Source: Salinivirgaceae bacterium
Lineage (GTDB): Bacteria; Bacteroidota; Bacteroidia; Bacteroidales; SZUA-534
Assembly (NCBI GenBank): GCA_016342715.1
Contig: JAEINW010000002.1
Span: forward strand, 740-64,739
Length of the DNA stretch: 64,000 nt
Reading direction: 5' to 3'
Shown here: positions 55,332 through 64,000 of the stretch, one piece after another
How positions within the stretch are numbered: the first letter of the stretch is position 1
Layout: every line of letters begins with the position of its first letter
The notes under the pieces: model-generated
Told to the model about the DNA's origin: nothing
The model's input: the letters and a program-made list of their open reading frames with translations, nothing else
Database searches by the model: none
Program-made: the position numbers and the translations under genes

Positions 55332-55594
55332 AATATTAGAAAACGGATACCTACAAAGGTAAAAATTAATCTTTCGCTAAAACTACCAATATTGATTTTT
55401 TTGTCAAAGAGAAAGATAATACATATTTTACAATTGTTAGTTATTTCTGTTCAAAAACGATCAAATACACCTCGGCCATGCTAAACCCTTAAAAATATGT
55501 TTAATAATACATATACTAATTAGCTGTTGATTTGCTGTGTTTTAGCCACTTGTTAATTCATTTTTTCGAATAAAATAATTGAGAAAAAAAATCA

Positions 55595-55602
55595 TAGATT
55601 TG
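55595..55602 (+). promoter_or_regulatory. candidate -7 promoter box TAGATTTG upstream of arcC
   Basis: Perfect TAnnTTTG match 29 nt upstream of the ATG at 55631. Confidence 0.4.
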
Positions 55603-55630
55603 CAGTTCCTGAAATTTTGATTTAAAACGG

Positions 55631-56593
55631 ATGACTATGAACAAATTAGCAGTTATTGCACTCGGCGGTAATGCACTTCTTAGAGGTGACCAAAAAGGTA
55701 CCATCGAGGAACAAGAAGCAAACGCAACCGCAACATTTGAAAATTTACTATATCTTTTTAAAGAAGATTATAATTTAATTTTCGCACATGGCAACGGACC
55801 ACAAGTTGGAAATATCCTTATGCGTAATGACGCCGGGGAACAACTTTATGGGATTCCTCAAATGCCTTTAGATATTGATGTTGCTGATTCACAAGGTGGA
55901 ATTGGATACATGTTAGAACGTTGTTTATTAAACGTGTTACGTAAACATGGAATTAAAAGAAACATCATTACACTTGTAACTCAAGTGGTTGTTGATAAAA
56001 ACGACCCTGCTTTTAAAAATCCAGTAAAAAGAGTTGGCAAAATTTACAACAAAGAAGAAGCTGATAAACTAACCGCAGATAAAGGTTGGGAATTCAAGGA
56101 AGAAGTTAAGACTGATGGAGGATACAGACGAGTTGTACCATCGCCAAAACCTTTAGATTTCTTTAATGCCGATACTGTTGAAAAAATGGCTCGCGAAGGT
56201 AATATTGTATTTACCGTAGGTGGTGGTGGTGTTCCTGTTTATATTGACGAAGAAAACAGAGTTCGCCCATCGGAAGCAGTAATTGACAAAGATTTAGCGG
56301 CTGCAATGGTTGCCAATAAAGTTAAAGCCGACGAATATTATATTTTAACTGATGTTCCTTATGTTTATATAAATTACAAACAAGATAATGAGCAAAAATT
56401 AGAATTTCTGAATCATGCCGACACAACAAAGCATCTTGAAAACGGAATGTTTAGTGAAGGTAGCATGGCTCCAAAAATCAGAGCTTGTCTTGACTTCCTT
56501 GAAAAAGGTGGAAAGAAAACAGTAATTACGCAAGCTGACAAACTTTCTGATAAAACATATGGCACAAAAATAACCATGGAATACGAAGACTAA
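55631..56593 (+). CDS. arcC: carbamate kinase
   Basis: 'VIALGGNALL', 'HGNGPQVG', 'GGGGVPV', 'DKDLAAA'. Confidence 0.9.
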   Translation: MTMNKLAVIALGGNALLRGDQKGTIEEQEANATATFENLLYLFKEDYNLIFAHGNGPQVGNILMRNDAGEQLYGIPQMPLDIDVADSQGGIGYMLERCLLNVLRKHGIKRNIITLVTQVVVDKNDPAFKNPVKRVGKIYNKEEADKLTADKGWEFKEEVKTDGGYRRVVPSPKPLDFFNADTVEKMAREGNIVFTVGGGGVPVYIDEENRVRPSEAVIDKDLAAAMVANKVKADEYYILTDVPYVYINYKQDNEQKLEFLNHADTTKHLENGMFSEGSMAPKIRACLDFLEKGGKKTVITQADKLSDKTYGTKITMEYED

Positions 56594-56628
56594 GATCAAT
56601 TGAGTATTTTTATTGATCTTAGTTTTTT
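56592..56628 (+). terminator. rho-independent terminator after arcC
   Basis: AAGATCAAT-(11 nt)-ATTGATCTT-AG-TTTTTT. A second hairpin, CTATGGATT-TTC-AATCCATAG-TTTT, lies at 56639-56663. Confidence 0.7.
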
Positions 56629-56934
56629 AAATAAACAACTATGGATTTTCAATCCATAGTTTTAATAAATATCGGAATGAAATTCCTTAAACTAAAAAAA
56701 TGAATAATGAACACCGATTAACGAATGTTGAATTCTGATGGATTAAACAAAAGGAAAGAATATTCTTTCAACTTCGTAAATCTTAAATCGTTAATCCTTG
56801 TTCGATATTCAAAAATTAAATATTTATAGAAACTAAAATAACTGCAATGAACCGAGCTTGCGAGCTCATCGAAGATAAATTGCAGGGTTTTAACCTTTAA
56901 ATTGATAATAAAAAAACAATTAAAAAAGATAATT

Positions 56935-57936
56935 ATGGCTTACAATTTAAGAAATCGTCACTTTTTAAAACTTTTGGATTTCTCTCCAAAGGAGATGAAA
57001 TACTTGTTGGATCTTTCAATGGATCTTAAAAAAGCTAAATATGCTGGTACAGAGCAAGCCATGCTAACTGGCAAAAATATTGCTCTTATTTTCGAAAAAG
57101 CTTCAACACGTACACGTTGTGCTTTTGAAGTTGCTGCTTTTGATCAAGGTGCTCATGTTACTTATTTAGGACCTTCTGGATCACAAATCGGACAAAAAGA
57201 ATCGATGGCTGATACAGCAAGAGTATTAGGTAGAATGTATGATGCTATTGAGTATCGTGGTTACGGTCAGGATATTGTTGAAGAATTGGCAAAATATGCT
57301 GGCGTTCCTGTATGGAATGGGTTAACAAACGAATTCCACCCAACTCAAATTTTAGCTGACTTTTTAACTATGATGGAGCATAGCGATAAGCCGCTTCACC
57401 AAGTTAAATTTGCTTATTTAGGCGATGCAAAAAATAACATGGGTAATTCATTAATGATTGGTGCAGCTAAAATGGGCATGGATTTCCGTTCGGTTGCTCC
57501 AAAAGCAGTTCAACCATCTGCTGAATTAGTGGCACAAGCAAAAAAAATTGCAAAAGAAACTGGAGCAAAAATTACCGTAACCGATAATGTTGCCGAAGGA
57601 GTTAAAGATTGTGACTTCCTTTATACCGATGTTTGGGTAAGCATGGGCGAACCAGACGAAGTTTGGAAAGAGCGCATTGCTTTGCTAAAAGATTATCAAA
57701 TTAACATGGATGTAATTAAAGCTACGGGAAATCCGAAAGTTAAATTCATGCATTGTTTACCGGCCTTCCACAACCGTAAAACAAAAGTTGGTGAAGAAAT
57801 TTTCCAAAAATTTGGTTTAGACGGAATGGAAGTAAATGAAGAAGTCTTTGAATCGGAACATTCCATTGTTTTTGACGAAGCAGAAAACCGCATGCACACC
57901 ATTAAAGCAGTAATGGTTGCTACTTTAGGTCAATAA
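56935..57936 (+). CDS. argF: ornithine carbamoyltransferase
   Basis: 'STRTRCAFE', '[14 protein letters not shown]', '[11 protein letters not shown]', 'HCLPAFH'. Very close to E. coli ArgF/ArgI as I remember it. The ATG at 56935 is preferred. Confidence 0.93.
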   Translation: MAYNLRNRHFLKLLDFSPKEMKYLLDLSMDLKKAKYAGTEQAMLTGKNIALIFEKASTRTRCAFEVAAFDQGAHVTYLGPSGSQIGQKESMADTARVLGRMYDAIEYRGYGQDIVEELAKYAGVPVWNGLTNEFHPTQILADFLTMMEHSDKPLHQVKFAYLGDAKNNMGNSLMIGAAKMGMDFRSVAPKAVQPSAELVAQAKKIAKETGAKITVTDNVAEGVKDCDFLYTDVWVSMGEPDEVWKERIALLKDYQINMDVIKATGNPKVKFMHCLPAFHNRKTKVGEEIFQKFGLDGMEVNEEVFESEHSIVFDEAENRMHTIKAVMVATLGQ

Positions 57937-57954
57937 TCTAATATAATATATATG

Positions 57955-57987
57955 AAAAGGGGCGATCTCAAAAAGATCGCCCCTTTC
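57955..57987. terminator. bidirectional terminator between argF (+) and the patatin gene (-)
   Basis: GGGGCGATCT-CAAAA-AGATCGCCCC with A/T-rich flanks. Confidence 0.75.
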
Positions 57988-57996
57988 TTATGTTTT

Positions 57997-59040
57997 CTAT
58001 CTTTTATTATTCTTTAAAAATGCGGTCATCCCATCATAACCCGATCGATACAATTGATCGTATTTGGTTCCAGGAACCGGTTGTGTAAGTGGATCCTCAT
58101 TATCCGCTTTAATATCGAAGTCAATCGCACTAATTCCCAAATCGTTAATATCAGCAGAACGATCCTTTAAATTTGGTGTTTTATTATATTCAATAATTTG
58201 CACTTTTAATAAGGTCATAAATAAATTCTCAATATAATGAATTAAGTTATCCTTTTTACCGGCTTCTGGCCTAGCTCCTTCGGGTGTATATAAATGACAA
58301 CCAAAAGTTTCCCAATTAATTCCATCAACATAGTTTTTTGCGTCATCGGCATATTTTGCATCATCAAAAATTTCCATCGGATAGTTATTTACAGTACCTC
58401 CATCGGCATAATGGTCGCCCCCATAAGGAATGGAATTAAAGTACAACGGAATAGACATTGACATTCGCACTGCATCAGCAACTGGCATATCAGGTTTTGT
58501 CTCAAACGAAAAAATTTCATTCTTATGTTTACTTACATTGGTTACCGAAATATAAATATCACGAAACCCTGCTTGCCGAAAATCGGAAAAAGTTTGCATA
58601 CCCCTCTTTGCTATTATTGTATCCGAAATGTTTTTTGCTTTTTTGAACTGACCGTCAATAGTAGTTTTTAACCAGTCATAAAAGAATTCACTGGTATACC
58701 AGCCATATTCTTTTATTAACCTACGAATACATGCCACATCATCAATCTCTGCACCAAAAAACTTTGCTATTATTTTATACTCTAGGCTAACATCATCAGC
58801 TCTTTTATCAGGAACTTTTGAAAAATCTAAGGAATTAGCTAATTGCTTAATTTCATCGGCACTCGAACTAATACTTGTTACCAAAGCTGTGATTGCTCCA
58901 GCAGATGCTCCGGAAACTCGCTTTATTTGCTTTAAAATATCATACTCTTCAGAATCTAACACTCTTAATGCACCCAAATAGGCAATTCCAAGTATTCCGC
59001 CTCCACGAAACACCAAATTTTTAAATGGATAATTGGACAT
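57997..59040 (-). CDS. patatin-like phospholipase
   Basis: Gly-rich oxyanion motif 'FRGGGILGIAYLGAL', nucleophile 'GASAGAI' (GxSxG), catalytic 'ADGG'. Confidence 0.85.
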   Translation of the reverse strand: MSNYPFKNLVFRGGGILGIAYLGALRVLDSEEYDILKQIKRVSGASAGAITALVTSISSSADEIKQLANSLDFSKVPDKRADDVSLEYKIIAKFFGAEIDDVACIRRLIKEYGWYTSEFFYDWLKTTIDGQFKKAKNISDTIIAKRGMQTFSDFRQAGFRDIYISVTNVSKHKNEIFSFETKPDMPVADAVRMSMSIPLYFNSIPYGGDHYADGGTVNNYPMEIFDDAKYADDAKNYVDGINWETFGCHLYTPEGARPEAGKKDNLIHYIENLFMTLLKVQIIEYNKTPNLKDRSADINDLGISAIDFDIKADNEDPLTQPVPGTKYDQLYRSGYDGMTAFLKNNKR

Positions 59041-59200
59041 CTTTTAATTAATTTAGTTTGACAATTGATATAAATATACGCAATATTATCAGTACCGTTC
59101 GCAACAATAACAAACTAATAAATTATTTTTTTAAAATACTTGAGCTAATATAACATTTATACAATTTACTAAAAGGTATAATTGATGCATGAATAGACTT

Positions 59201-59345
59201 ATATCTAAGTTGAGCGATTGGAGCATAGCGAACAAGCGCTTTACTTAGAGTTAACCCCGATGTAGAGATTGTAGTGTTTCACAAACAAAGTGCAGTGAAA
59301 TACTTACAAGAACTAAATCGTGAGCGAGAATCGCTCAATTTGGGT
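59201..59345 (+). repeat. 145-bp block, copy 2, identical to 14346-14490; candidate structured small RNA
   Basis: 145/145 identity with copy 1. TATAAT lies 24 nt upstream (59177-59182). It is divergent from the patatin gene start (161 nt away). Confidence 0.9.
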
Positions 59346-60307
59346 TATACTAATAATTCCATTTTGGATAAGAAAACTGGATTTAAATTTGAGGCTGTAT
59401 ACTAACTGCAGGTTGTTTTTCATTAAAATAAGGCCTGCCTACGGTAGGCAGACAATAAGGTCTTTGCTAGTTGTTTACAATGTACTACGAAGCTAAACTT
59501 TTTAAAAAGAAGATTTTATTTACAATCTATAAACCTTCTTTTCAAGTATTGAACCCTATATGTGAGATTATAGAAAGCATGAATAAGTTTATTAGCTTAA
59601 TAAATAATGGTTTAGCAGAAGGTTTTTTCGGATCAATTTGAAAAGTTATGGAGCAGGCTAAAATAGTAAAAAGGATAGTCATAAATAATATAGTTAAGAA
59701 AATAAATTAGCTCGCTGCAAGCATCGGGGAAAAAGACACAAGATCGCGATACGCATAGCTTTTGGGATCAGTTCTACTTTTCAAATCAGTGCAATCAGTG
59801 AGCAACTACATTGAATAAAATTTTAAAATTTGGTTCAATTTTTAACCACAAATATAAAATTGAAAGTACTCTTTTTATCCCTCCTAACCTCCCTTAATAA
59901 GGGAGGAACTTAGCGTAGCGTTCATGAACGAAGTGAGTAATTATATTATGCTAAATTGAAAGAATACAACCAAACAAATTAACAAATAAAATTCAAATTG
60001 AAATACAACTCCCTCCTTTCCAAGGAGGACTGGGGAGGATATTATTTTACAAAAAAAACCACCAAAAACGAAACCTAGCTATTTAGCCAGGCTTTGCATT
60101 ATCTTATATTCTTATTTTTTTAATTACTTGCCACACAAAAGATTAGCTTCGCTGAACTCGCAAGCTCCCTTAGGTTCGTGCGGCAGCGGTTTTTTTTAGA
60201 ATGGATTGCGTCGCATGTGGATATATACTACTAATTTAACATATTTGCTTGCGACGTTTCATATAGTTGTACTTATTCTTAGGGCGCTGCCCTAAGTTGA
60301 ATTAAAT

Positions 60308-60329
60308 AAGCCTTGCAGGCTTTTTTTTT
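60308..60329 (+). terminator. terminator-like hairpin + T9 inside the ORF-free island
   Basis: AAGCCT-TGC-AGGCTT followed by T8, preceded by the CTTAGGG-CGCTG-CCCTAAG hairpin (60278-60296). Confidence 0.55.
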
Positions 60330-60423
60330 GATTATTATGGGCGCTTATTTCAAATGATTGTTTATCTGTAATGGCTAATTGTCGAATTCAGAAGGATTAA
60401 ACAAATAATTAGAATACTTTTAA

Positions 60424-60630
60424 GAAATGAATGACCTCGGCAAGCTGACGAGGTATCAAAACTAGAATTTATTATATTTCGCCCCAAGGGGCGGAGTACC
60501 TGCCAGCCGGCAGGCTGGTTTAACTCATTTATCCCGATACGCTCCGCTATCGGGATTACTCCCTTCGGTCATGAAATTGTTCGTTCAACTTACTCCCGAA
60601 TGCTCGGGATTAATGCGCTTCGCTTTTTAA
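60424..60630 (+). repeat. mosaic hairpin repeat, copy R3 (the 5' part is colinear with R1/R2; the 3' part carries different hairpin modules)
   Basis: AAATGAATGACCTCG-GCAAGCTGA-CGAGGTATCAAAACTAGAA...CGCCC-CAAG-GGGCG, then CCTGCC-AGCC-GGCAGG, ATCCCGATA-CGCTCCGC-TATCGGGAT and TCCCGA-ATGC-TCGGGA. Confidence 0.55.
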
Positions 60631-60667
60631 ATTTGAGTTTCACGAATAAAAACGCTTCTAATGCACG

Positions 60668-61294
60668 TTATTTTAAACGATAAATTTCCATTATATTTTT
60701 TAAAATTTTATCAAAGTCAATTTCGAGGTCAATAAGTTTTCCGGTACGAATATCCCAAACCCAACCATGAACGGTTACTTTTCTTGCGCTGTAAGCCCTT
60801 TGATAATCCGACGTTTTAATAACATTAATACACTGCTCTTGTACATTTAACTCAACGAGCCTATTATATCTGATATTTTCATCTTGAATACATGTTAGCT
60901 CTCTGTTATGCAAGCGATAAACGTCTCGTATATTCCGTAACCAAGGATTCAATATTCCATAATCTTTTGGTTCCATAGCAGCTTTAACACCACCACAATC
61001 ATAGTGCCCACAAACAATTATATGATTCACTTTAAGCACGCCAATCGCATAAGCAATAACCGACTGAACACTTAAATCATTATTTGGAACCATATTAGCA
61101 ATGTTTCTATGAATAAAAGCTTCTCCAGGAGCAACTCCCATCAACTCTTCAGAAGTAGCTCTACTATCGGAACAGCCAATGTATAATATTTCTGGATCTT
61201 GACCTTTTGCTAAATTTTCAAAGTACCTTGAATCAATACTCAATTTATCACTAACCCATTTCCTATTATTCTTAAAAATTTGCTCAATATTCAT
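60668..61294 (-). CDS. beta-class carbonic anhydrase
   Basis: 'YIGCSDSR' and 'VCGHYDCGG' zinc-ligand motifs. The ATG at 61294 (MNIEQIF...) is preferred over the ORF-track start at 61384, which overlaps the upstream gene. Confidence 0.85.
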   Translation of the reverse strand: MNIEQIFKNNRKWVSDKLSIDSRYFENLAKGQDPEILYIGCSDSRATSEELMGVAPGEAFIHRNIANMVPNNDLSVQSVIAYAIGVLKVNHIIVCGHYDCGGVKAAMEPKDYGILNPWLRNIRDVYRLHNRELTCIQDENIRYNRLVELNVQEQCINVIKTSDYQRAYSARKVTVHGWVWDIRTGKLIDLEIDFDKILKNIMEIYRLK

Positions 61295-61349
61295 TTCAAT
61301 ATCTTTTAATCTTGGTTTTTTACTAAAAACCAACAAGCATATCAAAGGT

Positions 61350-62075
61350 TCACGATGCTTCTTCAGTTTTAACAGAATCATCAACTAATGAAAGTAATTC
61401 TTTAAGTTCCTTTTTTGTTATATTTCGGTATTCGCCCACTTTTAAGCTTCCCAAATTAATGTTCATAATTCTAATTCGTTGTAATTTGGTAACCTCATAA
61501 TTTAAATAACTACACATCCTACGAATTTGACGATTTAAACCCTGAGTTAGAACAATATTAAAAGTGTAATTATCTATTTTTGAGACTTTACATTTATTAG
61601 TTATGGTTCCCAATATGGGAATACCATTTCTCATTTTTTTAATAAATTCTGGGCTAATCTTTTTATTTACGCTAACTATGTATTCTTTTTCATGATTATT
61701 CTTCGATCGTAATATTTTGTTTACAATATCTCCTTCATTCGTTAAAAAAATAAGGCCTTCACTTGGCTTATCTAATCTGCCAATGGGGAATATTCTTTCA
61801 GGATAATTAATATATGTTATTATATTTCCTTTTATTGAAGTGTCTGTGGTGCATGTTATTCCTATTGGTTTATTAAAAGCCAAATAAATATTTTCAACTT
61901 CTTTTGTAATTAGCATACCATTAACCTCAATTTTATCGTTAGCCGAAACCTTTATGCCCAGTTCTGCTATTTCATTATTAACTTTTACCTTACCATCTTC
62001 AATGTAACGATCAGCTTCACGACGGGAGCAGAAGCCGCTTTCAGAAATTGCTTTATTAAGTCTTTTTAATTCCAT
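61350..62075 (-). CDS. S4-domain rRNA pseudouridine synthase (RsuA/RluF family)
   Basis: S4 'LNKAISESGFCSRREADRYIEDGKVKVN'. Catalytic 'PIGRLDKPSEGLIFLTNEG'. Confidence 0.85.
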   Translation of the reverse strand: MELKRLNKAISESGFCSRREADRYIEDGKVKVNNEIAELGIKVSANDKIEVNGMLITKEVENIYLAFNKPIGITCTTDTSIKGNIITYINYPERIFPIGRLDKPSEGLIFLTNEGDIVNKILRSKNNHEKEYIVSVNKKISPEFIKKMRNGIPILGTITNKCKVSKIDNYTFNIVLTQGLNRQIRRMCSYLNYEVTKLQRIRIMNINLGSLKVGEYRNITKKELKELLSLVDDSVKTEEAS

Positions 62076-62158
62076 TTATTAGCCACTTTTATGGAATTCA
62101 AAAATACTTATTTTTATTTCAACTAAAACACTTTCTTATTTTTAGTATCTGGAATTAA

Positions 62159-63670
62159 TTAACTAAAAGCCAACCAAGAACTATTCCCCTTATAATCTTC
62201 AATGGGTGAAACATTTGTTTGAAACTTAAACGAGCTTACTAAGGTTAAAACCTCATGTTTAATTGATTCCATACAATCATTAATGAGATCTGATCTAAAT
62301 CCTTTATCACCCAAATTAACCACATGATTTGCAGAAATAACTCGGCTAATTATTTTCCCAAGATCAACATTTTTACGCTGTGGCATTTTCACATCCAAAC
62401 TAAAGTCCAGTATGCTTCTGAAATATTCTGAGGCATTTTTTGTCAACTCAAACTTCTTAAAAAAACTTGATAAATTCATGTTTTTTTGTTTATTCATAAG
62501 CTTTAAAACCATCTCTGATATTTGAGTATAAAGCATTTCATTTGATCCTTCGAATATTTGAAATGGTCTGGAATCAACAATTCCTCTGGAACCAACACTT
62601 TCAGTTTTATAACCATTAGCCCCATTTAATTGGGTTAATGTTTGGGAAGATTCTTGCATTAAATCACTAATGTAGGCTTTTATACTATTGGCTTCAATGG
62701 CATTTGACGATAAATCATTCTCAATACCACTTGCAGCGGCACTGCGTGAACAAAGCGCTGACGAAACCGTAAAGGCACTTTGTATTTTTGAAATCTGAAA
62801 CTTAACTTGATCCAAGGCAAGTAAAGGTTTTCCCCCAACAATTCTATTGCTGCAGTGCTTAATAGATTCATCAAGCATACGACGGATAAAACCCAAACCC
62901 ATGCCTGGAAATTGCATCCTACTTCGATGCAACAAATCCATCACCAATTTCAATCCCGTGGTTTCAGGTTTTAATTTGAATTCTTTAGGAACATTAATAT
63001 CAATTCTATTTTTACCATATGGAATTGGATACAATCCTATATTATTATAATATTCCTCCACATGAATTTTTTGATTGGGCTGATGTTCATCACAAATAAA
63101 CAAATCAATATCGCGTCCAAACTCTCCTCTTTCATTTTTTGCCCGAGAGGTCATTAACCAATAGTCTGCCATTCCCGTAAGTCCCTGCCAATGCTTTGTT
63201 CCTTTGATTTGATAATTTGATCCAGTTCTGATATTCGCTGTTTGCATATTTAATGCATCACTTCCAAAATCTGGTTCGGTAATCATAAGACCACCCATAT
63301 TTTGTTGAGTTAAAAATCTATTGAAAATATTTCCTTTAACCGACTCTTGTGCATATTTTGCGACAGACTCAAGGAATAATGCAATGTTAATTCCCAAGGT
63401 TAGTGCCAATGGAAGTGATTCATAGGCCGATGTTTCAAGAATCCCCAAACATTCCTTAACCTTTACACCTCTCCCTCCATACTCAGTTGGTATAGCTACG
63501 GATAAAGGATTTTTAGCCATGATCTTGTCAAGAACTGGTTTTGGGAAACCTCTTTTTTGAATAAACTTTTCAATATCATCAATCTCGTAAAAGGCTTCTT
63601 TTAAAGTTTGCTTAAATGATTCAATAAAATCAAAAAATGAAATTTGAGCAATTGTATTTGAAATAATCAT
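62159..63670 (-). CDS. acyl-CoA dehydrogenase-family protein
   Basis: 'GGLMITEPDFGSDA', 'KHWQGLTGMADYWLMTSR', C-terminal 'FQIFEGSNEMLYTQI' typical of ACADs. The start is ambiguous (63670 or 63715). Confidence 0.8.
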   Translation of the reverse strand: MIISNTIAQISFFDFIESFKQTLKEAFYEIDDIEKFIQKRGFPKPVLDKIMAKNPLSVAIPTEYGGRGVKVKECLGILETSAYESLPLALTLGINIALFLESVAKYAQESVKGNIFNRFLTQQNMGGLMITEPDFGSDALNMQTANIRTGSNYQIKGTKHWQGLTGMADYWLMTSRAKNERGEFGRDIDLFICDEHQPNQKIHVEEYYNNIGLYPIPYGKNRIDINVPKEFKLKPETTGLKLVMDLLHRSRMQFPGMGLGFIRRMLDESIKHCSNRIVGGKPLLALDQVKFQISKIQSAFTVSSALCSRSAAASGIENDLSSNAIEANSIKAYISDLMQESSQTLTQLNGANGYKTESVGSRGIVDSRPFQIFEGSNEMLYTQISEMVLKLMNKQKNMNLSSFFKKFELTKNASEYFRSILDFSLDVKMPQRKNVDLGKIISRVISANHVVNLGDKGFRSDLINDCMESIKHEVLTLVSSFKFQTNVSPIEDYKGNSSWLAFS

Positions 63671-63780
63671 TAGATAGTCGTTTATTAATAAAATCTTCAA
63701 ATTTGAAGCATCCAATAATTACAAGTGAAAGTAAGTTATGTTTTATATTAACATAATCTGAGTAATTTAAAAAAAAGCAT

Positions 63781-63806
63781 AAAAAAAACCCACCAAAATG
63801 GTGGGT
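63781..63806 (-). terminator. rho-independent terminator after the cold-shock gene
   Basis: The minus strand reads CCCACC-ATTTT-GGTGGG followed by TTTTTTTT. Confidence 0.75.
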
Positions 63807-63836
63807 TCAAAGATCTCTTAAATGTCTATGATATAA

Positions 63837-64000
63837 CTATGCTAGTTTCACATTTACTGCATTTAATCCTTTTTTTCCTTCTTCTAAGTCAAAAGTAACT
63901 TCATCATCTTCGTTGATTCTGTCTTTTAAACCTGATGAATGTACAAAATACTCTTTTGACGATTCTTCGTCTTTAATGAAGCCAAATCCTTTTACTTCGT
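63837..64000 (-). CDS. cold-shock domain protein, N-terminus beyond the window edge
   Basis: The minus-strand translation '..EVKGFGFIKDEESSKEYFVHSSGLKDRINEDDEVTFDLEEGKKGLNAVNVKLA*' contains the RNP-1 'KGFGFI' and RNP-2-like 'VFVH'-type motifs. Confidence 0.85.
   Translation of the reverse strand, partial: EVKGFGFIKDEESSKEYFVHSSGLKDRINEDDEVTFDLEEGKKGLNAVNVKLA

Noticed and set aside
14346-59345. A 45-kb segment bounded by 145-bp perfect direct repeats, read as a possible integrated or excisable genomic island with att-like ends.
   Set aside because: The interval holds core genes (ftsK, lolA, the methylmalonyl-CoA decarboxylase operon, hutI/ftcD, arcC/argF). It has no integrase, recombinase, transfer or phage genes, and no compositional break visible by eye. 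The repeats are better explained as two copies of an independent element.
59041-60667. The hairpin-rich island as a CRISPR array or a tandem antitoxin-RNA (ToxI-like) array.
   Set aside because: There are no regularly spaced identical repeats. The hairpins differ in sequence and spacing. No cas or toxin gene is adjacent.

Overview
This is an AT-rich chromosomal segment (by eye about one-third G+C) from a Bacteroidota genome. Supporting signs are a SusC/SusD pair, propeller/Y_Y_Y hybrid sensor kinases, TAnnTTTG-type -7 boxes and many lipoproteins. I call about 45 protein genes, mostly housekeeping or sensory:
- four hybrid or classical histidine kinases and four response regulators;
- rlmI;
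- an RCK-gated cation/proton antiporter;
- a PiT phosphate transporter;
- a complete Na+-translocating methylmalonyl-CoA decarboxylase operon with its epimerase;
- a GH3/beta-lactamase fusion;
- a class III cyclase;
- a four-gene SusCD locus;
- ftcD and hutI;
- ftsK-lolA;
- arcC and an ornithine carbamoyltransferase;
- a patatin-like lipase;
- a beta-carbonic anhydrase;
- a partial cold-shock gene.

I recognised no rRNA, tRNA, CRISPR array, transposase, integrase or phage gene.

The coding content looks ordinary; the unusual signal is non-coding. Three ORF-free islands (12658-13058, 13767-14856, 59041-60667) and some smaller spacers are packed with GC-rich hairpin modules that recur in shuffled order:
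- a 145-bp block present twice at 100% identity (14346-14490 and 59201-59345) that folds on paper into a structured RNA;
- a 130-200 bp mosaic hairpin element in 3-4 copies with compensatory stem changes;
- a CCTGCC/GGYAGG hairpin module;
- a CCCTAAGT-hairpin-T9 terminator-like module.

Second-tier observations:
- a perfect TTGAC-N4-GTCAA box between a Crp/Fnr regulator and a decaheme lipoprotein cytochrome plus tandem-rhodanese lipoprotein pair;
- an N-terminally extended decarboxylase beta subunit;
- a LytS-type kinase with a Cys-less thioredoxin-like sensor domain.

All calls come from reading the sequence and translated motifs. No database search was run.
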